From: an uncultured bacterium
GTDB lineage: Bacteria > Hydrothermota > UBA3072
Length of the DNA: 64,000 nt
Assembly: GCA_964418485.1 (NCBI GenBank)
Contig: CAYQMH010000002.1
Coordinates: 5,687-69,686 of the forward strand
Direction of reading: 5' to 3'
Both the position numbers and the translations under genes were made by a program. The notes beneath the pieces are model-generated. The model searched no databases and was not told where the DNA came from. It was given only the letters and a program-made list of their open reading frames with translations. Shown one piece after another: positions 9,210 to 19,617 of this stretch; position 1 is the first letter of the stretch, and every line of letters starts with the position of its first letter.

Positions 9210-9926
9210 TTAGTAAACCTTCCCAATCCGTTTCCAACGGACTTTTCTGAAGAATGAAATTATAGGAACTTCGGATTTCCATGACCAGTAAATTAATAGA
9301 GGAGTTCCGGATATGTTGTCGATTGATACCGGTCCCCAGAATCTCGAATCATCGGATTCATCTCTGTTATCGCCCATAGCGAAAATATATCCCTCTGGGA
9401 CGACTATGGGCCCAAAATTATCCCTTACATAGGGATAATTCATTAATTTTCTTTCTTCCCATAAATTTTGAAGTTGTGCATTTTCTATAGTAAGAGGGGG
9501 ATATTCTTTTGGATCCCTGTGAGAGATATAATCCGCGTTTATGTCTTCGCCGTTTATGAAAAGAGTTTTGTGTTCTATGTAAACCGTATCTCCTTCTACG
9601 GCGGCACATCTTTTTACGAAATTCGTGTTTTTAAATATGCCGTCACCGCCCAGGGGATAGCGGAATACAATAATTTCGCCTTTTTTTGGGTTATTTATTC
9701 TGAGTAAATATTTGTCTGTAAAGGGTAGTTTTATACCGTACTTGAGTCTATTTACGATTAAAAAATCGCCGATAAGAATAGTATCTTTCATCGAGCCGGT
9801 AGGCACATTGAAGGTTTGAACCACAAAACCGCGTAGAAAAAGAATTATGCCTATTGCTATAATCCAGGATTTAACTTCTTTCCATATTTTTTGTTTGTCT
9901 GTCATTTTAGCCACTTCCCGTGACAT
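9210..9926 (-). CDS. lepB: signal peptidase I
   Basis: N-terminal TM segment, 'SMKDTIL.GD' Ser box, and the 'GDNRDESDDSRFWG' box. Confidence 0.8.
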   Translation of the reverse strand: MSREVAKMTDKQKIWKEVKSWIIAIGIILFLRGFVVQTFNVPTGSMKDTILIGDFLIVNRLKYGIKLPFTDKYLLRINNPKKGEIIVFRYPLGGDGIFKNTNFVKRCAAVEGDTVYIEHKTLFINGEDINADYISHRDPKEYPPLTIENAQLQNLWEERKLMNYPYVRDNFGPIVVPEGYIFAMGDNRDESDDSRFWGPVSIDNISGTPLLIYWSWKSEVPIISFFRKVRWKRIGKVY

Positions 9927-12900
9927 TTTTTAAACTTCTTTCCGCTTCCGCATGGGCATTTGTCATTTCTTCCTATATCTTTTATATTTTTACCCTCTTT
10001 TTGCAATTTGGCAACCTCCTCCCTGAATTTTTTATCCAGTTTAGGTTTTCCTATTGTCGGTATTTCTATTTTCGGCGTTATGATTTTCTTATTTTCAGTT
10101 TGTTTTGGTGCCTGTTCTACACCTTTAAATTGTTCTTTCACTTCTTCTCCCCGGATTTCTTCGGGTGCCTTTACGGCTTCCGGAATGAAACGATAGAGCA
10201 ATCTGACAGCATTCTTTCCGATATTATAAAGAAGTTCTTCAAACATACCATAAGATTCTCTTTTGTATTCTACAAGCGGGTCTTTTTGAGCGAAACTTCT
10301 TAAGTTGATGCCTTCTCTAAGGGCGTCTAACTCGTATAAGTGATTTCGCCATTCGTCATCTATTATTCTTAATATTATCATTCTCTCGAACTGTCTCATG
10401 TTTTCTTGCCCGACAATTTCTTCTTTTGATTCGTATCTCGATTTTGCTATTTTTCTTATATTTTCCTCAAATTCGTTTCTTTTAATTTCCTCTATTTTGC
10501 TTTTTTCTTTATCGAGATCTATAAGGAAAAATTCGATTAAATCAGACCGGAGTCCATCGATATCCCATTCCTCGGAATACCTGCCGATAAGATAGGAATC
10601 AAATATTACATCGAGCGTATCGTCGGTCCAATCCATAACTCTGTCTTTTAAGTTCTCTCCGTCTAAAATACTATTTCTGATGTCGTAAATAACTTCCCTT
10701 TGTTTGTTCATTACGTCGTCGTATTCCAGCAGTCTTTTTCGAATGTCAAAGTTCATTCGTTCGACCCGTCTCTGAGCATTTTCTATGGCTCGCGAGATTA
10801 AAGGATGCTTAACGGAATCTCCGTCCTCGATACCCATCCTGTCCATCGCGCCGGCTATTCTTTCCGTTGCGAAAACCCTCATCAAATCATCTTCCAGTGA
10901 TATATAAAAGCGGGATGCGCCGGGATCTCCCTGACGTCCCGATCTTCCTCTTAGCTGGTTATCTATTCTTCTTGCTTCGTGCCTCGCCGTTCCTATAACC
11001 TGAAATCCGCAGGGTACATCATCTTTGCATTTTTCAATATCTGTTTTTTCGCATTCTTTCTGATTTTTGTCTTTTATTATACAACATTCTTTACACTTAA
11101 TTATTTCTCTTGCCGGTTTTATGTCTGTACCTCTACCGGCCATGTTGGTTGCGATTGTAACTTGCCCTTTTTCTCCTGCATGGGATATGATTTTTGATTC
11201 CTTTTCGTGCTGTTTCGCGTTTAGAACCTGGTGAGGGATACCTTCGCTGTTAAGCATTCTGGATATCAGTTCGGATATATCGACGGAGACTGTACCCACG
11301 AGAACGGGTAAGCCATTGTTATGCAGTTCCTTAATTCTTTTAATTATCGCGTTGTATTTTTCTCTTTTTGTTCTGTATATTAAATCGTCATAGTCGATTC
11401 TTCTCACCGGTTTATTGGTTGGTATCTGAATGACATCTAAGTCATATATTTGAGCGAATTCTTCCGCTTCTGTGGCGGCTGTTCCTGTCATTCCGGCAAG
11501 TTTATCGTACATTTTAAAATAATTTTGAAGGGTTATTGTCGCGAAAGTCTGGGTCTCTCTTTCGACTTCCACATCTTCTTTTGCTTCTAATGCCTGATGC
11601 AGACCGTCTGAATATCTTCTTCCGGGCATCAGGCGTCCGGTAAATTCATCCACTATCACAACCCTGCCCTGCCTTACTATATATTCGACATCTTTCTCAA
11701 AAAGTGTGTAAGCTTTTATAAGTTGATTCGCCGCGTGTATTCTTTCTGACTTTTCCGCGTAGTCTCTTTCAATTGCTTCTTTTTGCACCATTTTTTCTCT
11801 GCTCGATAGAGAGTTGTCTTTTTCGATTTTATCCAGAGCGATTGAGAGATCGGGAAGCTGGAAGAAATTTGCGGATTCTCTCTTTATAATTATTTCCTGT
11901 CCCATTTCGGAAATATTTGTTGAATTTTCTCTTTCATCTATCGCAAAATATAGCTTTTCGTCTATTTCATGCAGTTTTTTTTCTTTCATGAAGCGGGATT
12001 CTGTTTCCTGCAGGAGATACTCTACTTCTCCGCTTTGCAGTAATTTCAACAGCTGTTTGTTTTTTGGGTTTCCTCTTTTGGCTATGAGTAGTTTTTCTCC
12101 AGCCTCTTCTCTTTTGCCCTCGTCCAGTAAATTTTTTCCTTCTGCAACGGTTCTATTTACCAGAAGAGTCTGTTTATTTACCAAATTTTGCACGGCGGGT
12201 TTAAGCTCACCGTACTGTTTTGTGACTGAATGTTGAACCGGTCCGGATATGATGAGAGGGGTTCGCGCTTCGTCTATAAGCACGGAATCTACTTCGTCTA
12301 CTATAGCATAATTATGTCCTCTCTGAACCCTGTGTTCGGGGATAACCGCCATGTTGTCGCGTAGATAATCGAATCCGAATTCGTTGTTTGTCCCGTAAGT
12401 TATATCACAGTTGTATTCTTTTATTCGTTCCTCCGGATTCATATCTGATATTATTACACCTACTGAAAGACCGAGACTTTCGTATATCGGTCCCATCCAT
12501 TCTTTATCTCTTCTAGCGAGGTAGTCATTTACCGTAACAAGATGGGCTCCTTTTCCGGAAAGGGCGTTGAGATATAAAGGCATTGTAGCTACGAGAGTTT
12601 TTCCTTCACCCGTTTTCATTTCGGCAATATTTCCCTGATGCATAGCGATGGCGCCTACTATTTGTACATCGTAAGGCACCATTTCCCATTCCCATTCCAG
12701 GTCGGTTACGCTCCATCTTTTACCCAATAGAAGTTCGCATGTCCTTTTTACCAGGGCAAAACTTTCCACCATTAAATCGTCGAGAATTTCGCCTTCTTTC
12801 AACCTTGCTTTGAATTCTTCGGTAATTTTTGGCAGGTCGTTCTCCTGGATTTTCTGGTACTCTTTGAATTTGCTGTTTATTTCATCTATGAGAGGATGAA

Positions 12901-12958
12901 GCCTATTCAAAACTCTTTCATTATGAGATGGGATAATTTTTTTCAAGACTCTAAACAC
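9902..12958 (-). CDS. secA: preprotein translocase ATPase SecA
   Basis: Full-length SecA motifs, including a C-terminal zinc-binding '[14 protein letters not shown]'. Confidence 0.95.
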   Translation of the reverse strand: [1018 protein letters not shown]

Positions 12959-14165
12959 GAATTAAGTCACCTCTTTCTCTGCCTGTTGATATATAACCTA
13001 TCTTTACTTCCAGAGAATCCTCAATAAACTTTATAAAGCTTTTTGTTTCTTCGGGTAAAGAATTATAATCTTTGGCTAATTTCGTATTGCTCCAGCCCGG
13101 AAAGCTTTTGTAAATTGGTTTAGCTTTCTCTAATTTCCAAACTTCAGATGGAAACCATTCAAGTTTTTCTCCATCGATTTCGTATGCGGTTGCGATCTTG
13201 ACCTCGGGTAGGTTATCTAATACGTCGATTTTGGTAATAGCTATTTCGGTTGTTCCTGTTATCCAACAGGCGAATTTTGATGCGACAAGGTCCAACCAGC
13301 CGCAGTTTCTCGGTCTTCCCGTGGTTGCCCCAAATTCTTGACCGTCTTTTCGAATAAGTTCTTCTGTTTCTTTTTTCATCCTGCTGGGAAAGGGGCCTTT
13401 ACCCACCCTTGTGGTATATGCTTTTGTAACCCCGATGATATTGGAAATCAAGTTTGGAGGTATACCGCTTCCTGTTAGGATTCCTCCGGGTGTGGGGTTG
13501 GAGGAGGTAACGTAAGGGTAGGTTCCGAAGTCGATATCTAAAAGTACTCCCTGTGCACCTTCGAATAGTATTTTTCTATTATCTTTTAGGAGTTTACGAA
13601 GAAGTTCTACCGTATCAGTTATTATTTCTCCGTAATTTTTCCTGAAGGATTCTAAAGTTCTGAGGTATTCAGGCGGTAGATTGAATTTAGATAAATAATC
13701 CGGAGAGAAAATATCTCCCATCCTGATTCCTTTCCTTAGTATTTTATTGGCATAAGCCGGTCCTATCGCTCTTCCAGTCGTACCGATCACTTCTTTCATT
13801 TCTTTTTCTTCTTCGAAATAAGAGGGAAGTATTAAATGACATCTTTTGCTTATTTTTAGATTGTTTTTTAATTCTATTCCCCTCCGTTTTAATTCTTCAA
13901 TTTCTTTCATTAATTGAACAATATCAATTACCACTCCGTTTCCTATTATTGATATTTTGTCCTGATGAAAGATACCTGATGGGATAAGATGCAGAGATAA
14001 TTTTTCATCTTTGTAGAACACTGTATGTCCGGCATTCGCGCCGCCTTGATATCGGCAAACCGCATCGAACGAACCGCAGAGGTTGTCAATTAGTTTTCCT
14101 TTCCCTTCGTCACCCCATTGAAGCCCTATCAGGGCAGCATTTCCGTATTTGATCTTACCCGCCAT
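12951..14165 (-). CDS. purA: adenylosuccinate synthetase
   Basis: 'GDEGKGK' P-loop and conservation across the full length. Confidence 0.95.
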   Translation of the reverse strand: MAGKIKYGNAALIGLQWGDEGKGKLIDNLCGSFDAVCRYQGGANAGHTVFYKDEKLSLHLIPSGIFHQDKISIIGNGVVIDIVQLMKEIEELKRRGIELKNNLKISKRCHLILPSYFEEEKEMKEVIGTTGRAIGPAYANKILRKGIRMGDIFSPDYLSKFNLPPEYLRTLESFRKNYGEIITDTVELLRKLLKDNRKILFEGAQGVLLDIDFGTYPYVTSSNPTPGGILTGSGIPPNLISNIIGVTKAYTTRVGKGPFPSRMKKETEELIRKDGQEFGATTGRPRNCGWLDLVASKFACWITGTTEIAITKIDVLDNLPEVKIATAYEIDGEKLEWFPSEVWKLEKAKPIYKSFPGWSNTKLAKDYNSLPEETKSFIKFIEDSLEVKIGYISTGRERGDLIRV

Positions 14166-14794
14166 CAGAAACTTTCCCTGTATAATATCTGGATTTGTCT
14201 TCCAACATCTCCTGAAAAGAGGTTCTTTAGATCGAATTGAATACCCAGGTTTCCGGATTGTAGTTTGTAGGCAAGATTGAATCGGTTTTTATCCTCGTCG
14301 TTAACCCCCATTATGTATTCTAAGTGAAATGTGTTGGCTTCGTCTACATTTATAAACGCATTTCCAAAAAGATCTGCGCCTTGATCTTCTTCATAGTTAT
14401 AATTAACTCCTCCGGAGACCATTAAACCGGGCAATAGTCGAGTTCCTATGGTTGCAAACATGTATTTTTTAGCGTAATTCTCGATAGGTTCGTCGTTGTA
14501 TCCAAAAACGCTTTCTATCATGCCGTTGCTGAATAGCCGTATTCGCAGATCTATAGCAGGTCTACTCTCCCACTCCGTATCTCCATATCCCACAATATTT
14601 GTTCCTCCAAAGCTTGTGCCCAAAATAATGCCGTTCCATATTCCGACACAAATTTTGGCTCTCAATTTATCGATAGGTTCTTCTTTTATATGGATAATAA
14701 CTTCTCCGTGATAAAGAAGAACGGGTAATGGATTATCAATTCCTGTTATCGGTTCTTGATAAGTAGAGATGACAGATAAAATCAAAAGAATCAT
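14165..14794 (-). CDS. hypothetical outer-membrane beta-barrel-like protein
   Basis: Alternating hydrophobic pattern and a C-terminal Phe. The stop overlaps the purA start. Confidence 0.3.
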   Translation of the reverse strand: MILLILSVISTYQEPITGIDNPLPVLLYHGEVIIHIKEEPIDKLRAKICVGIWNGIILGTSFGGTNIVGYGDTEWESRPAIDLRIRLFSNGMIESVFGYNDEPIENYAKKYMFATIGTRLLPGLMVSGGVNYNYEEDQGADLFGNAFINVDEANTFHLEYIMGVNDEDKNRFNLAYKLQSGNLGIQFDLKNLFSGDVGRQIQILYRESF

Positions 14795-14804
14795 TTAACC
14801 TCCT

Positions 14805-17800
14805 TTATATAGTAAAACGAATGCTCCCTTCACCGATTATATTGTTAATTTTTTGTATCATCTGCTCATCCGGTTTTATTCTTATATCCTTAGACCTTAG
14901 ACGTATTTCTTCATAGTCGTTTCTGCATAGTATCGTAAGAGGTATCTTTCCCGAATGTTCGTTGAAGACTTTTTTCACACCGGTTATGTCTTCTTCGCTT
15001 AACCCCGCAAGGTCCAGGATAAGATACGCGCTCTTGAGATGATTTTCTATTTTATCTAAAGGCATTATTTTTTCCGCGCTCACTTGAACCTGATTACTGA
15101 TTGAATCACCCTTAATCCTTCCTTTTATTACTACTGAGCCGAGAGAATCTAATTTGCTTCCAAATTCTTCGAATAGTTTAGGGAACACCAGTACTTGGAA
15201 TGAACCGTTTTCGTCTTCTACATTTAATTTCGCCCATCTGCGATTCTTTTTTGATGTTCTTTTATCGACCTTGGTTATAGTTCCTCCGGTAATGATTAAC
15301 TTATTAACAGGTAAATCTTTTAATTTTTGAGACGGAGTGAATAGTGCTTCAGAAAGTTTTTCATATTGAGATAAAGGATGACTGGAGAAAAAGAAGCCGT
15401 AAGCTTCCTGTTCGTATCTCAATTTTTCCTCTTCGTCGAATGGTGTTGTCGGAATTAATTCTTTCTTCCTCTCACCAAACAGTGTTTCCATTTTTCTTTT
15501 TCCCTTTGTCTTTGCGTAATCAATTGCGTTTTGCAAAGAAGATAGCAATGAATGTCTGTTTATCTCAAGAGAGTCAAGTGCTCCTGCTTTAATAAGATTT
15601 TCCATGACTTTTTTATTGACTAATCTTCCCCCTGCTCTTTCTACAAAGTCAAAGAAATCTTTAAATTTTTTCTTTTCCCTTTCTTTTATAATTTCCAGTA
15701 CAGCGTTTTTACCCACGTTTTTTATACCTCCAAGACCATAACGGATTGTGTTCTTCTCAGGAGTAAATTTATAATCAGAAATATTTATGTCCGGAGGTTT
15801 TATTTCTATTCCATGTTTTCTGGCATCTTTTATAAATTTTCTTATATCTTCTACTTCTGCACCTATGTTGCTTGTAAGAGAAGCTGCATAAAACTCGGTA
15901 GGGTAGTGGGCTTTTAGATATGCGGTTTGATAGGCTATTTCAGCATAGGATACCGAGTGTGCCTTGTTAAAGCCGTACTTTGCGAAGGAGCTCATTCTCT
16001 CAAATATATCTTCTGCCTGGTTTTTCGGGATTTTATTTTTAACACAACCTTCGATAAACTTTTCTCCCATTGATTGCATTACATCCATTTTTTTCTTGCC
16101 CATTGCTTTTCTTAGGATATCCGCTTCTCCCAGGGAAAACCCTGCGAGTATATTTGCTATTTTCATTACTTGTTCCTGATAGAGCATTATTCCGTAAGTT
16201 TCCTCTAACACGCCCTTTAACTTTGGATGTGGGTACTCAGGATCTATTTTTCCTTTTTTTCTTAGTGCAAATTCATCCTGATCGATGTTTTGAAGAGGTC
16301 CCGGTCTATATAATGCGACCGACGCGACCAGATCAGAGAAGTCACTTGGCTCTATTTTCCTGAGCATTTTTTGCATGCCTTCCGATTCAAGCTGAAATAC
16401 TCCGGTTGTATCTCCTCTTCTTATAAGTTCATAAGTTTTTTTATCGTTTTTATCCAAATCATAAATGTCCAGTTTATGTTGAATATTCTTAAGGGTTTCC
16501 TGTATAACAGTAAGAGTCTTAAGTCCCAGAATGTCTACTTTTAAGAGTCCCAGTTTTTCTAATGTTTCCATGGCGAATTGTGTAGTTATGATTTTTTCTT
16601 CCCCTGTTGTACTTACAAAGAGAGGTACAAAATCGGTAATATCACCGGGAGCGATTACCACTCCTGCTGCATGGGTGGATGTTTGCCTTATCAATCCTTC
16701 GAGTTTTTTAGCAAGTTCTATAAGTTCTTTTAAATCCGCTCTACTTTGAATTTTTGCTTTTAATTCGCTGGAAGCGTTTATTGCTTCTTCGACAGATTGT
16801 TCTCTTTCTATTTCTTTGGCTATTTCATCGCAGTCGGCATAAGGAATTTCGAGTACTCTCCCTACGTCTCTTACTACGGATCTAGCTTTTAAAATACTGA
16901 AAGTGACGATTTGAGCAACATTTCTCTCTCCGTATTTTTTCTTAATATGTTGAACGACTTCGTCACGTCTTACATCTGAAAAGTCTATATCAACGTCCGC
17001 CATCGAGACTCTTTGCGGGTTTAAAAAGCGTTCAAAAATAAGGCCGTGCTTTAATGGATTTACGTTAGTTATTCCTAAACTATAGAGAACGAGGCTACTT
17101 GTGGCTGAGCCTCTTCCCGGTCCCACAGGTATTCCTTTTTCTTTGGCGAAGTCCACGATGTCCTTAATTATTAGAAAATATCCCGCCAGTCCCAGTTCCT
17201 TGATTACTGAGAGTTCGTATTTAAGGCGGTCTTCTTCGCCCGGAGTAACTCTTTTTAATCTTTTTTCCAGACCTTCTCTCGCGAGGTGTTCCAGATATTC
17301 CCCTAGCCCTTTAAAACCTTTAGGTATTTCTATCGAAGGTAATAGTGTTTTGTCTGTTTCGAATGGAACGGGTATACATTTTTCTGAGAAAACTTGTGTG
17401 TTTTCAATCGCTTCTGGTATATCTTTGAACAATTCTTTCATTTCTTCAGGTGACCGGAGATAAAAATTATCCGTGGGCAATTTTAAAGCATTTTCTTCGC
17501 TAATTGTTTTCTTTGTTTGAAGTAAAAGCAGAATTTCATGGCTTTTGGCGTCTTCTTTCTTTAAGTAATGGACATCGTTAGTCGCTATAATCGGTATATC
17601 GAATTTTTTGGAAAACTCTATTAGTTTTTCGTTTACTTCGACTTCCCTTTCAAGACCGACGCGCATTATTTCGATATAAAAATCTTCTTTAAACTCTTTT
17701 TTAAAGAAACTTAATAGTTCTTCTGCTTCTTCTAATTTACCCTCGGCGACAAATGCCGGTATAATTCCGTTTCTGCAAGCGCTTCCAACTATTATTCCTT

Positions 17801-18170
17801 CTTTATACTTTAATAGGATTTCCTTATCCAGTCTTGGTTTTCTGTAAAAGCCTTCCATGAATGCCAAAGAGGATAGTTTTATCAGGTTACGGTATCCTTT
17901 GGAGTTTTTCGCCCACATAGTTATATGATAGTTTTCGGATTTCTTTTTTCTATCTTCCGTTGAAAAGTATCCTTCTATTCCGATAATTGGTTTTATTTGG
18001 TTTTTTACCGCTTCCTGGTAAAATTCGAATGCTCCGAAAAGATTACCGTGATCGGTAAGCGCAATTGAATTCATCCCTAAATTTTTTACCTGTGATATTA
18101 AATCCGGAATTTTTATTCCACCGTCTAATATCGAGTAATGACTATGAACATGAAGATGTGTAAAACTCAT
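14805..18170 (-). CDS. dnaE: DNA polymerase III alpha subunit
   Basis: PHP domain 'HLHVHSHYSILDG', polymerase core and OB domain across 1121 aa. Confidence 0.95.
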   Translation of the reverse strand: MSFTHLHVHSHYSILDGGIKIPDLISQVKNLGMNSIALTDHGNLFGAFEFYQEAVKNQIKPIIGIEGYFSTEDRKKKSENYHITMWAKNSKGYRNLIKLSSLAFMEGFYRKPRLDKEILLKYKEGIIVGSACRNGIIPAFVAEGKLEEAEELLSFFKKEFKEDFYIEIMRVGLEREVEVNEKLIEFSKKFDIPIIATNDVHYLKKEDAKSHEILLLLQTKKTISEENALKLPTDNFYLRSPEEMKELFKDIPEAIENTQVFSEKCIPVPFETDKTLLPSIEIPKGFKGLGEYLEHLAREGLEKRLKRVTPGEEDRLKYELSVIKELGLAGYFLIIKDIVDFAKEKGIPVGPGRGSATSSLVLYSLGITNVNPLKHGLIFERFLNPQRVSMADVDIDFSDVRRDEVVQHIKKKYGERNVAQIVTFSILKARSVVRDVGRVLEIPYADCDEIAKEIEREQSVEEAINASSELKAKIQSRADLKELIELAKKLEGLIRQTSTHAAGVVIAPGDITDFVPLFVSTTGEEKIITTQFAMETLEKLGLLKVDILGLKTLTVIQETLKNIQHKLDIYDLDKNDKKTYELIRRGDTTGVFQLESEGMQKMLRKIEPSDFSDLVASVALYRPGPLQNIDQDEFALRKKGKIDPEYPHPKLKGVLEETYGIMLYQEQVMKIANILAGFSLGEADILRKAMGKKKMDVMQSMGEKFIEGCVKNKIPKNQAEDIFERMSSFAKYGFNKAHSVSYAEIAYQTAYLKAHYPTEFYAASLTSNIGAEVEDIRKFIKDARKHGIEIKPPDINISDYKFTPEKNTIRYGLGGIKNVGKNAVLEIIKEREKKKFKDFFDFVERAGGRLVNKKVMENLIKAGALDSLEINRHSLLSSLQNAIDYAKTKGKRKMETLFGERKKELIPTTPFDEEEKLRYEQEAYGFFFSSHPLSQYEKLSEALFTPSQKLKDLPVNKLIITGGTITKVDKRTSKKNRRWAKLNVEDENGSFQVLVFPKLFEEFGSKLDSLGSVVIKGRIKGDSISNQVQVSAEKIMPLDKIENHLKSAYLILDLAGLSEEDITGVKKVFNEHSGKIPLTILCRNDYEEIRLRSKDIRIKPDEQMIQKINNIIGEGSIRFTI

Positions 18171-18946
18171 GCTTTTTGTACCTTAACTTTGCTAATTCTT
18201 TGTCTGGTTGCTTTAAGTATGGTGAATTTTAGATGTCCGATAACCACAGATTCGTTTTCTTCCGGGATACGTTTTAGGTTTGCGAAAATAAGTCCTCCCA
18301 CTGTTCTTATATCTGAATCCGCATATTCTCCCGGTAAGATTTCTTCAAGCTGATCAAGCTCGAATATTCCTGGTACAATCACTGAACCATCCTCTAATTT
18401 TTTATAATTTGTTTTTTCTTTATCTAATTCATCTTGTAATTCACCCACTATTTCTTCGATTAGATCCTCAGTGGTAAGCAAACCCGCGACTCCGCCAAAT
18501 TCATCCATAACAATTGCAATAGAGATATGTTTTTTTTGAAACTCTCTAAGTGTGGAGAGTACATTTTTTGTGTATGGTATGAAATAGGGCAATCGCATTA
18601 AGTCTCCCGCCAGCATTCTTTTATCCTCTCCCCATAACTTCAGTACTTCAGTCATATAAATGATTCCGACTATGTTGTCTCGAGAACCATCATATACCGG
18701 TATTTTGGCATGTCTTTTTCTCCTGTAATGATCTATCAGGGTTTCAATATTTTTGTCTATAGATATACATTCAATATCGGTTCGGGGAACCATTACGTCT
18801 TCTGCAACCGTTGTATCCAGTCTGAATATTGCGGTTACTAATTCTTCTTCGTCTTCGGTGATCACTCCTTCGTCTTCGACCTCGGCGATCAATTCTTTTA
18901 ATTTTTTTTCACTTCTAATCGGAGATTTTTTAAACCACTTAAGCAC
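18167..18946 (-). CDS. CBS-pair plus CorC/HlyC transporter-associated domain protein
   Basis: CBS pair followed by a CorC_HlyC C-terminus. There is no DUF21 membrane domain. Confidence 0.7.
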   Translation of the reverse strand: MLKWFKKSPIRSEKKLKELIAEVEDEGVITEDEEELVTAIFRLDTTVAEDVMVPRTDIECISIDKNIETLIDHYRRKRHAKIPVYDGSRDNIVGIIYMTEVLKLWGEDKRMLAGDLMRLPYFIPYTKNVLSTLREFQKKHISIAIVMDEFGGVAGLLTTEDLIEEIVGELQDELDKEKTNYKKLEDGSVIVPGIFELDQLEEILPGEYADSDIRTVGGLIFANLKRIPEENESVVIGHLKFTILKATRQRISKVKVQKA

Positions 18947-19554
18947 TAGTATTTTCTCGTTTTTGGGAGTATGACTCCTCCTGATGTTATTATTTTAAAA
19001 CCATCCTGGATTGAAATTTTTGTTTCGATAATTTCAGATGCAGGGTAAATTAGATAGTATCCTGAAGTGGGGTTGGGAGATGTGGGCAGAAATACGTTAA
19101 AATAATCTTTCCCGTCTATCTCCCATTTATTTTCGTTTGTCAGAAAACCAAGAGTGTATGTATTCTCCCATGGATATTTTATAATGACTACTTTACTGAA
19201 TGCCGAATGGTCTATCATTATAGCATTTACAAGCTGTCTGATAGCATTATAAAGACCTTTTACGAAGGGCAGTTTTGTCATTATTTTATCGAATGTATTT
19301 AAAAACCATCTTCCAATAAAACCTGAGGTTAGAAATCCTATTATATAAATACCGATTATTACGGCAATAAAGCCCAGCAATGAGGATAGTGGTTTAGATA
19401 TATTCGAAAATAACGAAATCCGGATGAAATATTTACCGAAGAAACCGCCTATTTTTTCTATTAGAAACCATAGAACTGCCACGGTTAAAGCTATTGGGAG
19501 AATAGCAACCAGTCCGGTTATAAAATGTCTTTTAATTTTATTTTTGAAAGCCAT
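18946..19554 (-). CDS. DUF502 family membrane protein
   Basis: N-terminal TM helices and DUF502-like conservation. The stop overlaps the downstream start. Confidence 0.55.
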   Translation of the reverse strand: MAFKNKIKRHFITGLVAILPIALTVAVLWFLIEKIGGFFGKYFIRISLFSNISKPLSSLLGFIAVIIGIYIIGFLTSGFIGRWFLNTFDKIMTKLPFVKGLYNAIRQLVNAIMIDHSAFSKVVIIKYPWENTYTLGFLTNENKWEIDGKDYFNVFLPTSPNPTSGYYLIYPASEIIETKISIQDGFKIITSGGVILPKTRKY

Positions 19555-19617
19555 ATTCGTTTATTAGAATAATAAAAGTTTTATTTCAATAGTCAAGTAT
19601 TTAATGGGGATTAATAA

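Noticed and set aside
9920-12236. Antisense ORFs inside secA (9920-10303, 9960-10196, 11814-12236) and similar ORFs opposite dnaE, dnaK and the Wza-like gene
   Set aside because: They are embedded opposite long, highly conserved genes. They have low-complexity Ser/Phe/Leu-rich translations typical of the antisense frames of AT-rich genes, and no RBS.
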